From: Candidatus Peregrinibacteria bacterium RIFCSPLOWO2_01_FULL_48_20
Lineage (GTDB): Bacteria; Patescibacteriota; Gracilibacteria; UBA1369; 2-02-FULL-48-14
DNA length: 28,194 bases
Direction: 5' to 3'
Assembly: GCA_001787475.1 (NCBI GenBank)
Contig: MFXB01000065.1
Coordinates: forward strand, 1-28,194
This document shows, piece by piece, positions 8,149-16,791 of this stretch (position 1 is the stretch's first letter; the number at the start of each line of letters is the position of its first letter). The notes beneath the pieces were generated by a model. The model was not told where the DNA came from. It made no database searches and saw only the letters and a program-made list of their open reading frames with translations. The position numbers were made by a program, and so were the translations under genes.

Positions 8149-8634
8149 ATGGAACACGAAGCCGCTCTCATTGAAGATCCGGAAATACTTCATACCGATT
8201 TTTTAAATCGCGGTAGGTTTTATCAAAAGGGTTTTGCCGTCTACATCCAAGGTTTGATCAATGATTTAGATTTTTGGAGATCAGGTGATCGAAGAGATGA
8301 ACTCGTTGATGATATGCGCCACAGCTGTTTCAGAATGAAGAGTATTTATGAGAGATTGATAGGAGAAGGACTCAGAGAATGTCCTGATGCGGATTTACTT
8401 CTTCCAATTGATACACTCATTCAGGAATTATCTCTCGCATTGGAGAAGATTATTTTAGGTCAAACAGACATTGAGAAAGCCATTGAAATTCTCCGGACTA
8501 TTTTTCAGAATAGCTACCAATTTCGTTTACGTTTAATAGCTCTTCAGAATGAATTGAGATCATGTCCAGGGTATGAAAATACCCGTTTGTCAGGTAGAGA
8601 TATTTTTGGAAAAGAATGGGCATCAGTTCTTTAA
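8149..8634 (+). CDS. Hypothetical protein (AT-rich ORFan)
   Basis: 161-aa ORF starting 2 nt after the yceD stop; visibly more A/T-ending codons than the flanks; no recognised motif. Confidence 0.65.
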   Translation: MEHEAALIEDPEILHTDFLNRGRFYQKGFAVYIQGLINDLDFWRSGDRRDELVDDMRHSCFRMKSIYERLIGEGLRECPDADLLLPIDTLIQELSLALEKIILGQTDIEKAIEILRTIFQNSYQFRLRLIALQNELRSCPGYENTRLSGRDIFGKEWASVL

Positions 8635-8638
8635 ACAC

Positions 8639-8664
8639 TAATGGCTTTCTTCAGCCATTATTTT
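8639..8664 (+). terminator. Possible intrinsic terminator after the inserted ORF
   Basis: TAATGGCT-TTCTTC-AGCCATTA stem followed by TTTT. Confidence 0.45.
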
Positions 8665-8671
8665 GAGCAAA

Positions 8672-8691
8672 AAGTCTGCGTACGCAGACTT
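8672..8691. repeat. Perfect 20-bp palindrome AAGTCTGCGTACGCAGACTT
   Basis: Self-complementary over 20 bp; intergenic. Confidence 0.85.
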
Positions 8692-8845
8692 AAAAGTTCA
8701 TTTTACAGCTTGCACAAGCCATTTTGAATTTTAAAAATGCAGAAATATCATAGTCCACACTGATCTGACTTCGCCTTGCAATCTTCTTAGAATCCACTAA
8801 AATACCGACGCGGCCCAATCCGGGCAATCTTTTACACAGCGACTT

Positions 8846-9127
8846 ATGGCAAAACATGCGGTCCCTAAACGGAAACAATCGAAAGCGCGCTCAGGCAGGC
8901 GCTATAAAACTTTTGTACGAGGTGTTCAGCTTAAACTGAGCAATGTCGCATCATTGAAGAATTGTCCTTCCTGCAAGACTAAAATGGTTCAACATCAAGC
9001 GTGCAAAGAATGCGGGATGTACCAGGGCCGTGACGTACTTGGAAAGCGCCTCGCTCAGCAGGGCTTAAAAAAGAGCGCTGCAAAGGCAAAGGCAAAGGCA
9101 AAGGTCACGACCATCAAAGCGGAATAG
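8846..9127 (+). CDS. rpmF: 50S ribosomal protein L32 with Lys/Ala-rich C-terminal extension
   Basis: MAKHAVPKRKQSKARSGRR start; Zn ribbon CPSC...CKECGMYQGR. Confidence 0.95.
   Translation: MAKHAVPKRKQSKARSGRRYKTFVRGVQLKLSNVASLKNCPSCKTKMVQHQACKECGMYQGRDVLGKRLAQQGLKKSAAKAKAKAKVTTIKAE
9080..9103 (+). repeat. In-frame (GCAAAG)x4 microsatellite in rpmF
   Basis: Four perfect hexamers encoding AKAKAKAK. Confidence 0.9.
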
Positions 9128-9148
9128 TTTGTTCTTTTAAACTTTTTC

Positions 9149-9595
9149 ATGGCTTCAAAGCGCCACGTTCTCCGGGCTACGGTGATGCAAACCCTGTTTG
9201 CTTGGGAATTCCGTGGTGGCAAGCATGAAGCGAAGCGTAGTGCCGTTCTCAAAAAAGTGGAAGCGGTTTTGTCATATAACTTGGTGAATGGCGCCCTCAG
9301 CATCCAGGATCAAACCTACGCCCTCCATCTCCTTAAAAAAGTTCTCCTCCACCGTAATAAAATTCGCAAAACCATTGAAAAATTCGCGCCCGAATGGTCG
9401 TGGGAAAAAATCGCTCCCATCGACAGAGCCATTTTGGAGCTTGGAATTGCCGAACTTTTATACGATAAAGACATTCCGGATTTGGTTGCCATAAACGAAG
9501 CCATTGAACTTGCCAAGGAGTTTGGCACCGAAAGCTCTTCAAAATTCGTAAACGGCGTATTAAGCTCTATCTACGATAAGCAGAAACAACTATGA
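9149..9595 (+). CDS. nusB: Transcription antitermination factor NusB
   Basis: [46 protein letters not shown]. Confidence 0.96.
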   Translation: MASKRHVLRATVMQTLFAWEFRGGKHEAKRSAVLKKVEAVLSYNLVNGALSIQDQTYALHLLKKVLLHRNKIRKTIEKFAPEWSWEKIAPIDRAILELGIAELLYDKDIPDLVAINEAIELAKEFGTESSSKFVNGVLSSIYDKQKQL

Positions 9596-10293
9596 CCGTA
9601 AAAATTAAAAACATGAACGACTTGGAGACGAACCTTGGCATCTCCTTTAAAGATAAAAGCCTTCTCACGCTTGCTTTTGTCCACAAGTCCTACATCAACG
9701 AGCACCCCAGTGAAAGGCACTACAACGAACGCATCGAATTTTTGGGTGATGCGGTTTTGGAACTTTCCGTGACGCAATTTTTGTACAAGGAATACCCCGA
9801 TCAACCGGAAGGCCAGCTCACCAATTGGCGCAGCGCGCTCGTAAAAGGAAAAAATCTCGCTCGCGTCTCCAAGGAGCTGAATCTCGGCCAATATTTGCTG
9901 CTCAGTCGCGGGGAAGAACTCTCCGGCGGCCGCGAAAAAGAATATATTTTGGCAAACACTTTAGAAGCGCTCATTGGCGCAATTTACCTGGACAAAGGCT
10001 TCCAAGTCGCCGATGAATTCATTCTCAAAAACATTGCACAGCTTCTTGATGAAATCATCGAAAAAGGCCTCAACGTGGATTCCAAATCCCGCGTGCAAGA
10101 ACTCGCTCAAGATCGCTACAACCTCACGCCCACCTACGAACTCATTTCCGAATCCGGCCCCGACCACGACAAAAATTTTGTAATGGGCATCTCTTTTGGA
10201 AAACGTCTCGCCGGTGAAGGCAACGGTCCCTCCAAACAAGATGCCGAACAATCCGCCGCCCAAGATGCGATGAAGAAGGAAGGCTGGAACTAG
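9592..10293 (+). CDS. rnc: Ribonuclease III
   Basis: [12 protein letters not shown] signature, [13 protein letters not shown] and a C-terminal dsRBD; ATGA overlap with nusB. Confidence 0.97.
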   Translation: MTVKIKNMNDLETNLGISFKDKSLLTLAFVHKSYINEHPSERHYNERIEFLGDAVLELSVTQFLYKEYPDQPEGQLTNWRSALVKGKNLARVSKELNLGQYLLLSRGEELSGGREKEYILANTLEALIGAIYLDKGFQVADEFILKNIAQLLDEIIEKGLNVDSKSRVQELAQDRYNLTPTYELISESGPDHDKNFVMGISFGKRLAGEGNGPSKQDAEQSAAQDAMKKEGWN

Positions 10294-11660
10294 GCCATTT
10301 TTGGCACGAGTAGCTCCGTTCGTTGTGAGCCTACTTTGAGCAGACCGATGGGAAAATCGAGGTACTTTGCAAAGTACATTCCTTCTTTCACTTTGGGCAG
10401 GCTGAGCGGTTCGTGCTTCATGGCTTTTTCCATGTTTTCCTTGCTGAGTACAAGAACATGTTTTTTTGCCCGCCCTGTAAAAAAGACCGCTCCTTCATGG
10501 CTGGGTTTCATTTCATCGCCCTCGTACGTTTTTAGCGCGGGAAGAGCCAGCGAGAAACCGGGTGGCGGAGCAACTTGAAGCAAATCTTTCCCGATCAAAA
10601 ACAAATGATGCTCATAAGGAACCCACTCGTAGTCTGCAGTGCTCACACCAAATTCCTCCTTTAAAAAATCATCATAAAGTCCACGTTCCTGAGCTTTTAA
10701 AACCCGCAAAACAGACCGTCCTTCCGGTCGCCTTAAGTTTTGTGAACTTGTTTTTGTCAGGGCAATGCAGAAAAATCCTTTTGTGCCTGTTTTTTGAGGC
10801 CAAAAGCGGATGCCCTTCAAATCGGCCAATTGTTTTGGAATTTTAATCCCTCGCTTTTTCAGTTCCTTCTCGGCGCTTTCATCGAGTGCAGCCTCAGGCG
10901 TTTTAGCCAAAAAATCATTCACCACGCCGTCGTTTTCAATGGCGTTGAGCGCACACGTGGAATACACCAAGCGTCCGCCGGGTTTGAGCATTTGAAAAGC
11001 CTGTTTCAAAAGACCGAACTGCAAACCGGAAAAGTGTTTTACCGCTTTCTTGTTCCAATAGTCGGGCTGCCCTTCGCTCGTCACAAAAAGTCCTTCGCCG
11101 CTGCAGGAAGGGTCCAGCAAAATGCGATCAAAAGTTTCCGGATAAAAGTTCGCCATTTTCGAGGCCGCGAGTCGGGAAACGTAAGCATTCACAATGCCGA
11201 GCCGACTTAAATTCGAGCGGAGTGCCTTCAGTCGGTGGCTGTCCATGTCATTCGCCACCAAAACGCCGGTGTTCTTCATGCGCTGAGCCATGTGCGTACT
11301 CTTTCCGCCGGGCGCCGCTGTCAAATCCAAAACCGTTTCACCAGGCTGCGGATCCAAAAGTTCCACCGCAAACATGGACGCGCTGTCTTGCGGATACGTG
11401 AAACCCGCGTGATAGGGAAGCTTCAGCGCCCACTCTTGTCCGGAGCCCGTCACCTCCAAGCCATCGCCGGAGTAAGGACTGTCTTTTACTTTGTACCCCT
11501 GACTGCCGAACCACACTCCCAAATCCTTTTTACTGATTTTGAGCGTGTTTACTCGAATGCTTCTCGGCATCGCCAACTTTGCCTCAATTGTACAAAAAAA
11601 TTGTTCAGCTTCTTTCTTGCCGATTAGCTCTCTAAAATAGTCCTGGAAATTAGCTTTCAT
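10290..11660 (-). CDS. rsmF: RsmB/NOP family RNA m5C methyltransferase (RsmF-like)
   Basis: QDSASM, VLDLTAAPGGKSTH, ILLDPSCSGEG and LVYSTCA motifs plus a C-terminal extension. Confidence 0.85.
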   Translation of the reverse strand: MKANFQDYFRELIGKKEAEQFFCTIEAKLAMPRSIRVNTLKISKKDLGVWFGSQGYKVKDSPYSGDGLEVTGSGQEWALKLPYHAGFTYPQDSASMFAVELLDPQPGETVLDLTAAPGGKSTHMAQRMKNTGVLVANDMDSHRLKALRSNLSRLGIVNAYVSRLAASKMANFYPETFDRILLDPSCSGEGLFVTSEGQPDYWNKKAVKHFSGLQFGLLKQAFQMLKPGGRLVYSTCALNAIENDGVVNDFLAKTPEAALDESAEKELKKRGIKIPKQLADLKGIRFWPQKTGTKGFFCIALTKTSSQNLRRPEGRSVLRVLKAQERGLYDDFLKEEFGVSTADYEWVPYEHHLFLIGKDLLQVAPPPGFSLALPALKTYEGDEMKPSHEGAVFFTGRAKKHVLVLSKENMEKAMKHEPLSLPKVKEGMYFAKYLDFPIGLLKVGSQRTELLVPKMA

Positions 11661-11679
11661 ATTTGAATTTTGTCAAAGC

Positions 11680-12054
11680 TTACAGATTGGGTTCTTGGGT
11701 TAACCCAAGTTGCAAAGTTTCCAAACACAAAGTCACGCACTTCACGCGTGCCGGCCCCAAATGATCGATCCCCAGCCACTCAAATAAATCCTCCTTTTTA
11801 ATCCAACCCAAATCCTCAACTTTTTTTCCTCTCATTTCCTCGGTCAGCACCGATGCCGCCGCAATGCTGATCGCACAGCCGTCACCCTCCCACATGGCCT
11901 CTTTCACCTTCCCTCCCTTCACCAAAACATACAGCCTCACATGATCTCCACATGTAGTATTGACACCCGAGTGAGTAAAGCTCGCATTCGCGAGTGCCCC
12001 TCGGTTGAGAGGATTTTTTGAGAGGTCTATGATTTGTTCTGCGTACAAGTCCAT
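11680..12054 (-). CDS. sufU: SufU/IscU-like Fe-S assembly protein
   Basis: MDLYAEQII, NTTCGD, GDGCAISIAAAS and ARVKC: three conserved Cys. Confidence 0.9.
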   Translation of the reverse strand: MDLYAEQIIDLSKNPLNRGALANASFTHSGVNTTCGDHVRLYVLVKGGKVKEAMWEGDGCAISIAAASVLTEEMRGKKVEDLGWIKKEDLFEWLGIDHLGPARVKCVTLCLETLQLGLTQEPNL

Positions 12055-12063
12055 AGTGGCGAA

Positions 12064-12092
12064 AGACTAGCAAAAAAGCCCCCTGTTGTCAC
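12064..12092 (-). promoter_or_regulatory. Putative sufU promoter GTGACA-17bp-TAGTCT with extended TG
   Basis: Minus strand reads GTGACA acagggggcttttttgc TAGTCT, 9 nt upstream of the ATG. Confidence 0.5.
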
Positions 12093-12113
12093 CACACCGA
12101 CAGCAGGAAATAT

Positions 12114-12166
12114 TTGCTCGAAACTTTTCTTCATGCTAAAATATGGTCAGATAAAAATGACCATAT
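12114..12166 (+). promoter_or_regulatory. TA promoter (TTGCTC-17bp-TAAAAT, extended TG) with overlapping palindromic operator
   Basis: Perfect 9-bp inverted repeat ATATGGTCA-N8-TGACCATAT at 12141-12166, overlapping the end of the -10 and the start codon. Confidence 0.75.
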
Positions 12167-12407
12167 GATGAAAACCCTCTCTGCCACAAAATTTAAGGCT
12201 AAATGTCTTCAAATTATGGATGACGTTCAACTGTATAAAAAGGAAATTACCATCACAAAACATGGTAAGCCTGTTGTGAAGTTAGTTCCATTGGAACCAA
12301 AGAAAAAAACAAAAATTTTGGGATGTATGAAGGGAACGTGTAAAATAACGGGAGATATTATTTCACCTATAGATGTAGAATGGAACGCAGAAAAAGGTAT
12401 CTTATAG
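12165..12407 (+). CDS. Phd/YefM family antitoxin
   Basis: MKTLSATKFKAKCLQIMDDV...ITITKHGKPVVKLVP. The start is at ATG 12165 or 12168, not the TTG at 12114. Confidence 0.92.
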   Translation: MMKTLSATKFKAKCLQIMDDVQLYKKEITITKHGKPVVKLVPLEPKKKTKILGCMKGTCKITGDIISPIDVEWNAEKGIL

Positions 12408-12766
12408 ACACCCATATTTGGGTGAAATGGCTTTCAGATGAAGGTGCTCCAAAGAAACATCTAAAAGTTCTTGAAGATGAAAGGATTGAGAAGTGCCTTT
12501 CAATTATTTCAATATGGGAAATTGCCATGCTCGTAAGTAAAAAACGACTCACATTAAATCAAGAAATAATAACCTGGATTTCACTCTCTTTGGAACGTTC
12601 CGGTGTGACCCTCCTCGCCTTAAATCCAAAAACAGTTGTTCTCAGCTGTAACTTATCAGGTTTTAACAATGCCGATCCCGCAGATAGAATCATAGTAGCC
12701 ACTGCTCTATCTGAAAAAATTCCGTTACTGACCTTGGATAAAAAAATAATTTCCTATCTAAAATGA
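12380..12766 (+). CDS. vapC: PIN-domain VapC family toxin
   Basis: LIDTHIW, SIISIWEIAML, DPADRIIVATA and LLTLD acidic tetrad; overlaps the antitoxin by 28 nt. Confidence 0.92.
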   Translation: MERRKRYLIDTHIWVKWLSDEGAPKKHLKVLEDERIEKCLSIISIWEIAMLVSKKRLTLNQEIITWISLSLERSGVTLLALNPKTVVLSCNLSGFNNADPADRIIVATALSEKIPLLTLDKKIISYLK

Positions 12767-13404
12767 GTGAAATAATCCTCATCCTTCCCGGCTGGGGAGA
12801 TTCCGGCCCCGAGCACTGGCAAAGCTTATGGCTGAAAAAATACCCGAATGCCGTAAAAGTCGAACAGCAAGATTGGCAAAATCCAAAAAAAGATGGTTGG
12901 ATTAAGGCGCTGAATGAAACCATCGAAAAATACAAAGGCCATGAGCTCATTTTGGTCGGCCACAGTTTAGCTTGCCCCACGATCGCACACTGGGCAAAAC
13001 AATTTGGCCAAACCACGAAAGCAAAAATTAAAGGCGCCCTTCTTGTAGCTCCCGGCGATGCCGACGCGCCCGGTTTCCCAAGTGAAATACAAGGATTCAC
13101 CCCAATCCCTCTCGACACTTTGCCCTTCAAAAGCATTTTGGTTGCCGGCGATAACGACCTATGGGTAAGCCTGGATCGCGCAAAACTTTTCGCAAAATCT
13201 TGGGGCTCCGAGCTGGTGATTCTCCCCGGAGCTGGCCACATAAACGCCGCCGCGGGATTCGGAGAATGGCCGGAAGGGGAAAAACTTCTAAAATTATTAA
13301 AGATAAGAATTTTAAATGAAGAAATACTAAAGCACCCATTTAAATTTCAAAAAGGTTTTACGGCTGAAAAAGTTAGAGAGTTGAACAGAAGGAAAAGATA
13401 CTGA
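12763..13404 (+). CDS. RBBP9/YdeN family alpha/beta hydrolase
   Basis: LPGWGDSGPEHWQ, GHSLA nucleophile elbow, GDNDLW and GAGHIN; ATGA overlap with vapC. Confidence 0.92.
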   Translation: MSEIILILPGWGDSGPEHWQSLWLKKYPNAVKVEQQDWQNPKKDGWIKALNETIEKYKGHELILVGHSLACPTIAHWAKQFGQTTKAKIKGALLVAPGDADAPGFPSEIQGFTPIPLDTLPFKSILVAGDNDLWVSLDRAKLFAKSWGSELVILPGAGHINAAAGFGEWPEGEKLLKLLKIRILNEEILKHPFKFQKGFTAEKVRELNRRKRY

Positions 13405-13406
13405 AA

Positions 13407-14615
13407 TTAAACCAGCTTAAAAACTTTCGCCACTTTCTTCAACCCTCTTGCCAAGGCTTCCACGTCTTCTTTCGTATTGTAAATTCCAAAACTCACTCGA
13501 ACCGTAGACACCAAACACAGAGATTTCATGAGGGGCATGGTGCAGTGGTGACCGGCGCGCACGCAAATGCCAATTTCGCCGAGAATGGCCGCCACATCGT
13601 GAGGGTGCACGCCGTCGACCGTGAAGGAAATGCAGGCGCGGTGTTGGTCAAAACTTTTGGGTCCGTAGGTTTTAACAAAAGGCAGCTCGTTAAGTTTTTT
13701 AAACATATATTCTTGCATTTCACGGTCGTGGCGCATAACGGTGTTCTTGCCGAGCTTCATTAAAAATTTCATGGCGGGGCCCATACCGATGATTTGCGCA
13801 ATGTTCGGTGTGCCCGCTTCAAATTTCCAAGGCGTTTCGTTCCACGTGGAAAATTCTTCGTGCACTTCGCGGATCATGTCGCCGCCGCCCAGCCAGGGGT
13901 CCATTTCTTCCAGGATTTCGCGCTTGGCATACAGGATGCCGGCACCGGTGGGGCCATAAATTTTATGTCCGGAAAAAGCCAGAAAATCCACATCGAGCTT
14001 TTGAACGTCGATGGGGAAGTGAGCCGCAAGTTGCGCCGCATCCACGCAGACTTTTGCACCCACTTTGCGTGCAAAGCGAAGCACCACGGACAAATCAATC
14101 ACGGTCCCAAGCGTATTCGAAAGCCCAGTCATAGTGACGATTTTTGTTTTTTTTGTGATGAGCTTTTCGAGAGATTTATAATCGAGATTTCCCGTGCTCA
14201 AAATCGGGCAAAATCGCAAAACCGCACCTGTTTCTTTCGCAACCATCTGCCATGGAACCAAATTGGAATGATGTTCCAAAACGCTGAGCACGATTTCATC
14301 GCCTTGCTTCAAAAACTTGCGCCCCCATCCTTGGGCAACAATATTGAGACTTTCCGTCGCTCCGCGAGTGAAAACAATTTCACTGCTGCTTTTCGCGTTC
14401 AAAAACTGTCGCGCCGTTTCACGCACCGCTTCATATTTTTCGGTGGCTTTTTCGGCGAGCGGGTAAAGTCCTCGATGCACATTCGCGTTAAAATCCAAAT
14501 AGTAACTTTCTTCCGCTTTGAGGGAAACTCCCAATCGCTGACTTGTCGAAGCACTGTCCAAATACACCACCTTCGGATGTTTTTTAAAAAATGGAAATTG
14601 AGTTTTTACAGACAT
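13407..14615 (-). CDS. sufS: Cysteine desulfurase SufS
   Basis: YLDSASTSQ, FSGHKIYGP (PLP Lys) and RAGHHC (group II). Confidence 0.96.
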   Translation of the reverse strand: MSVKTQFPFFKKHPKVVYLDSASTSQRLGVSLKAEESYYLDFNANVHRGLYPLAEKATEKYEAVRETARQFLNAKSSSEIVFTRGATESLNIVAQGWGRKFLKQGDEIVLSVLEHHSNLVPWQMVAKETGAVLRFCPILSTGNLDYKSLEKLITKKTKIVTMTGLSNTLGTVIDLSVVLRFARKVGAKVCVDAAQLAAHFPIDVQKLDVDFLAFSGHKIYGPTGAGILYAKREILEEMDPWLGGGDMIREVHEEFSTWNETPWKFEAGTPNIAQIIGMGPAMKFLMKLGKNTVMRHDREMQEYMFKKLNELPFVKTYGPKSFDQHRACISFTVDGVHPHDVAAILGEIGICVRAGHHCTMPLMKSLCLVSTVRVSFGIYNTKEDVEALARGLKKVAKVFKLV

Positions 14616-15382
14616 TGAAGGAGTTCTTTAAAAATTCGTTCGGAGAAGGCAAGATTCGGACATTTTCGTAAGGCGTCCCAAAAAAATCCTTCCACCAAAA
14701 GTTCCATGGCTTCATGGGAGGGAAGGCCGCGACTTTGCAAATAAAAAAGTTTTTCATCGTCGATTCGCTCCAAAGTCGCACTGTGCGAAGCCTGCACTTC
14801 ATCGTGATGCACTTCAAGCGCCGGAACCGCCTCAATTTTAGATCCGCTGCTGAGCAGCAAGTTGTGTTCTTCCAAACTGCCATCGGCTCCGCTGCATCCA
14901 GGCTGCATGGTGATGTTTCCAAAAAAATGACTGTACGCGCTGTCCTTCACCGCGCCGCGCGAAATCATTTTGGAACGAGTATTTTTACCTTGATGTACAT
15001 GATTCACGGTAAGATTTTGCTTTTCCGAGTCTTGCCCGAAAAATAAAGTTTGAGAATGAACCCGACTTTCTCCGCCTTTCAAAACCACTTCGGTCGAATC
15101 TTCGCAGTTTCCAAACACATGATGGAAATAATCGAGCTCCGCACCTTCTTCGAGGATAAATTTCTTTTTGATAAGCGCCTTCGCTTTCGCTTCAGCGTGC
15201 GCTTCGCTCCGCGTAATCCAATTCACCCGCGCACCCGGTTTCAAAGTCATTAAGATTTCACGCTCTCGCAAATTTCCTTCCTCTTCCTGCACCCATACTT
15301 CCGCTCCCGCTTCAACGGTTAAATCCAGCGTTTTTTCCGCCGGCAAAGCGAGAACATCCAAATTTTTTAGGGTTTTCTTCAT
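14606..15382 (-). CDS. sufD: Fe-S assembly protein SufD (short form)
   Basis: C-terminal beta-helix motifs HNLLLS, PALEVHHDEVQASHSAT, LFYLQSRGL. Confidence 0.88.
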   Translation of the reverse strand: MKKTLKNLDVLALPAEKTLDLTVEAGAEVWVQEEEGNLREREILMTLKPGARVNWITRSEAHAEAKAKALIKKKFILEEGAELDYFHHVFGNCEDSTEVVLKGGESRVHSQTLFFGQDSEKQNLTVNHVHQGKNTRSKMISRGAVKDSAYSHFFGNITMQPGCSGADGSLEEHNLLLSSGSKIEAVPALEVHHDEVQASHSATLERIDDEKLFYLQSRGLPSHEAMELLVEGFFWDALRKCPNLAFSERIFKELLQCL

Positions 15383-16791
15383 GTGATAGATTTTTCCATT
15401 TCCATTTCAATAAGACGATTCATCTCCACCGCATATTCAAGCGGCAGTTCTTTCACAATGGGATCGATGAATCCATTCACAATCATCGCGAGCGCTTCGT
15501 CTTCACTGAGCCCGCGACTTTGCAAATAAAACAATTGTTCTTCGCTGATTTTTCCCGTGCTCGCTTCGTGACCGACGGAAACGTCATCTTCATTGATGCG
15601 CATGGTGGGGTAGGTGTCGCTCTTGGACTTGTCATCCAAAATCAAACTGTCGCAGCGAATTTGCGATTTGGTTCCCCTTGCGCCCTTATTCACTTGCAAA
15701 AGCCCGCGGTACACATTGCGCCCGCCGCCCTTGGAAATGCTTTTCGTCAAAATCGTTGAACTCGTGTCCGACGCAATGTGAATCACCTTTGCGCCCGTGT
15801 CTTGAATTTGACCCGCATTGGCGAAAGCCACTCCCAAATGGTCGGCGTGCGAACCGCGTCCGCGTAAAATGGAACACGGATAAAGCATCGTTCGTCCGCT
15901 GCCCAAATTTCCGCCCACCCATTCCATGGTGGCGTCTTCATCGACAACGGCGCGTTTGGTATTGAGGTTGTAGGTGTCTTGCGACCAATTCTCAACGCTC
16001 GAATAACGAAACTTCGCCCCGGGCTTCACAAAAATTTCCACACAGCCCGCGTGCAGCGAAGTTGAGCCATACTTTGGCGCACTGCAACCCTCAATATAAT
16101 GCCCTTCGGCGCCCTCTTCGATAATAATCAAAGTGTGTTCAAACTGCCCCATGTTTTTGGCATTCATGCGGAAGTACGCCTGCAAGGGCGCCGTCACTTT
16201 CACTCCTTTGGGAATAAATAAAAAGGTTCCTCCGCTCCACACCGCTCCGTGCAGCGCCGCGAATTTATGATCGTGCGAAGGCACCAATTTCATAAAATAC
16301 TGTTTCACCAAATCCGGATACTTTTGCAGCGCCACGTCCATGTCTTCAAAAATCACCCCCAACTTTTCCCATTCTTCTTTCAATTTGTGGTAGGCGTTCA
16401 CGCTGTCGTATTGCGCGCCCGTTCCAGCCAAAACTTTTCGCTCTGCTTCAGGAATTCCCAGTCGTTCAAAGGTTCGTTTAATGTCTTCGGGCACATCTTT
16501 CCATTCCGTGGCGTAACCCTTCATTTCGGAGGGCGCCGCATAATAAATGATGTCCTCAAAATCAATGTGCGAAAGATCCACTCCAAAGGTCGGCAACTTA
16601 AGCTCTTTCCATTTCTCAAGCGACTTCAGCCGATGCGCCAGCATCCAAGCCGGCTCATTTTTATCTTTTGAAATTCGTCGGACCAAAGCCTTCGAAAGCC
16701 CTTTTTGCGCGTGCTTCGCATCGCCCTGCTTATTGTGGCCATCAAAGACACTGCGATCCAAATCTTGGAGATAGGAAAGAGCACCGCTCAT
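15379..16791 (-). CDS. sufB: Fe-S assembly protein SufB
   Basis: FERLGIPEAE, GQFEHTLII, YIEGCSAP, SLHAGCVE, GHEASTGKI, EYAVEMNRLI. Confidence 0.97.
   Translation of the reverse strand: MSGALSYLQDLDRSVFDGHNKQGDAKHAQKGLSKALVRRISKDKNEPAWMLAHRLKSLEKWKELKLPTFGVDLSHIDFEDIIYYAAPSEMKGYATEWKDVPEDIKRTFERLGIPEAERKVLAGTGAQYDSVNAYHKLKEEWEKLGVIFEDMDVALQKYPDLVKQYFMKLVPSHDHKFAALHGAVWSGGTFLFIPKGVKVTAPLQAYFRMNAKNMGQFEHTLIIIEEGAEGHYIEGCSAPKYGSTSLHAGCVEIFVKPGAKFRYSSVENWSQDTYNLNTKRAVVDEDATMEWVGGNLGSGRTMLYPCSILRGRGSHADHLGVAFANAGQIQDTGAKVIHIASDTSSTILTKSISKGGGRNVYRGLLQVNKGARGTKSQIRCDSLILDDKSKSDTYPTMRINEDDVSVGHEASTGKISEEQLFYLQSRGLSEDEALAMIVNGFIDPIVKELPLEYAVEMNRLIEMEMEKSIT

Noticed and set aside
13385-13404. RRKRY shared by the hydrolase C-terminus and the VapC N-terminus as a target-site duplication
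   Set aside because: The underlying DNA differs (CGCAGAAAAAGGTAT vs AGAAGGAAAAGATAC); likely coincidence in A/G-rich sequence.
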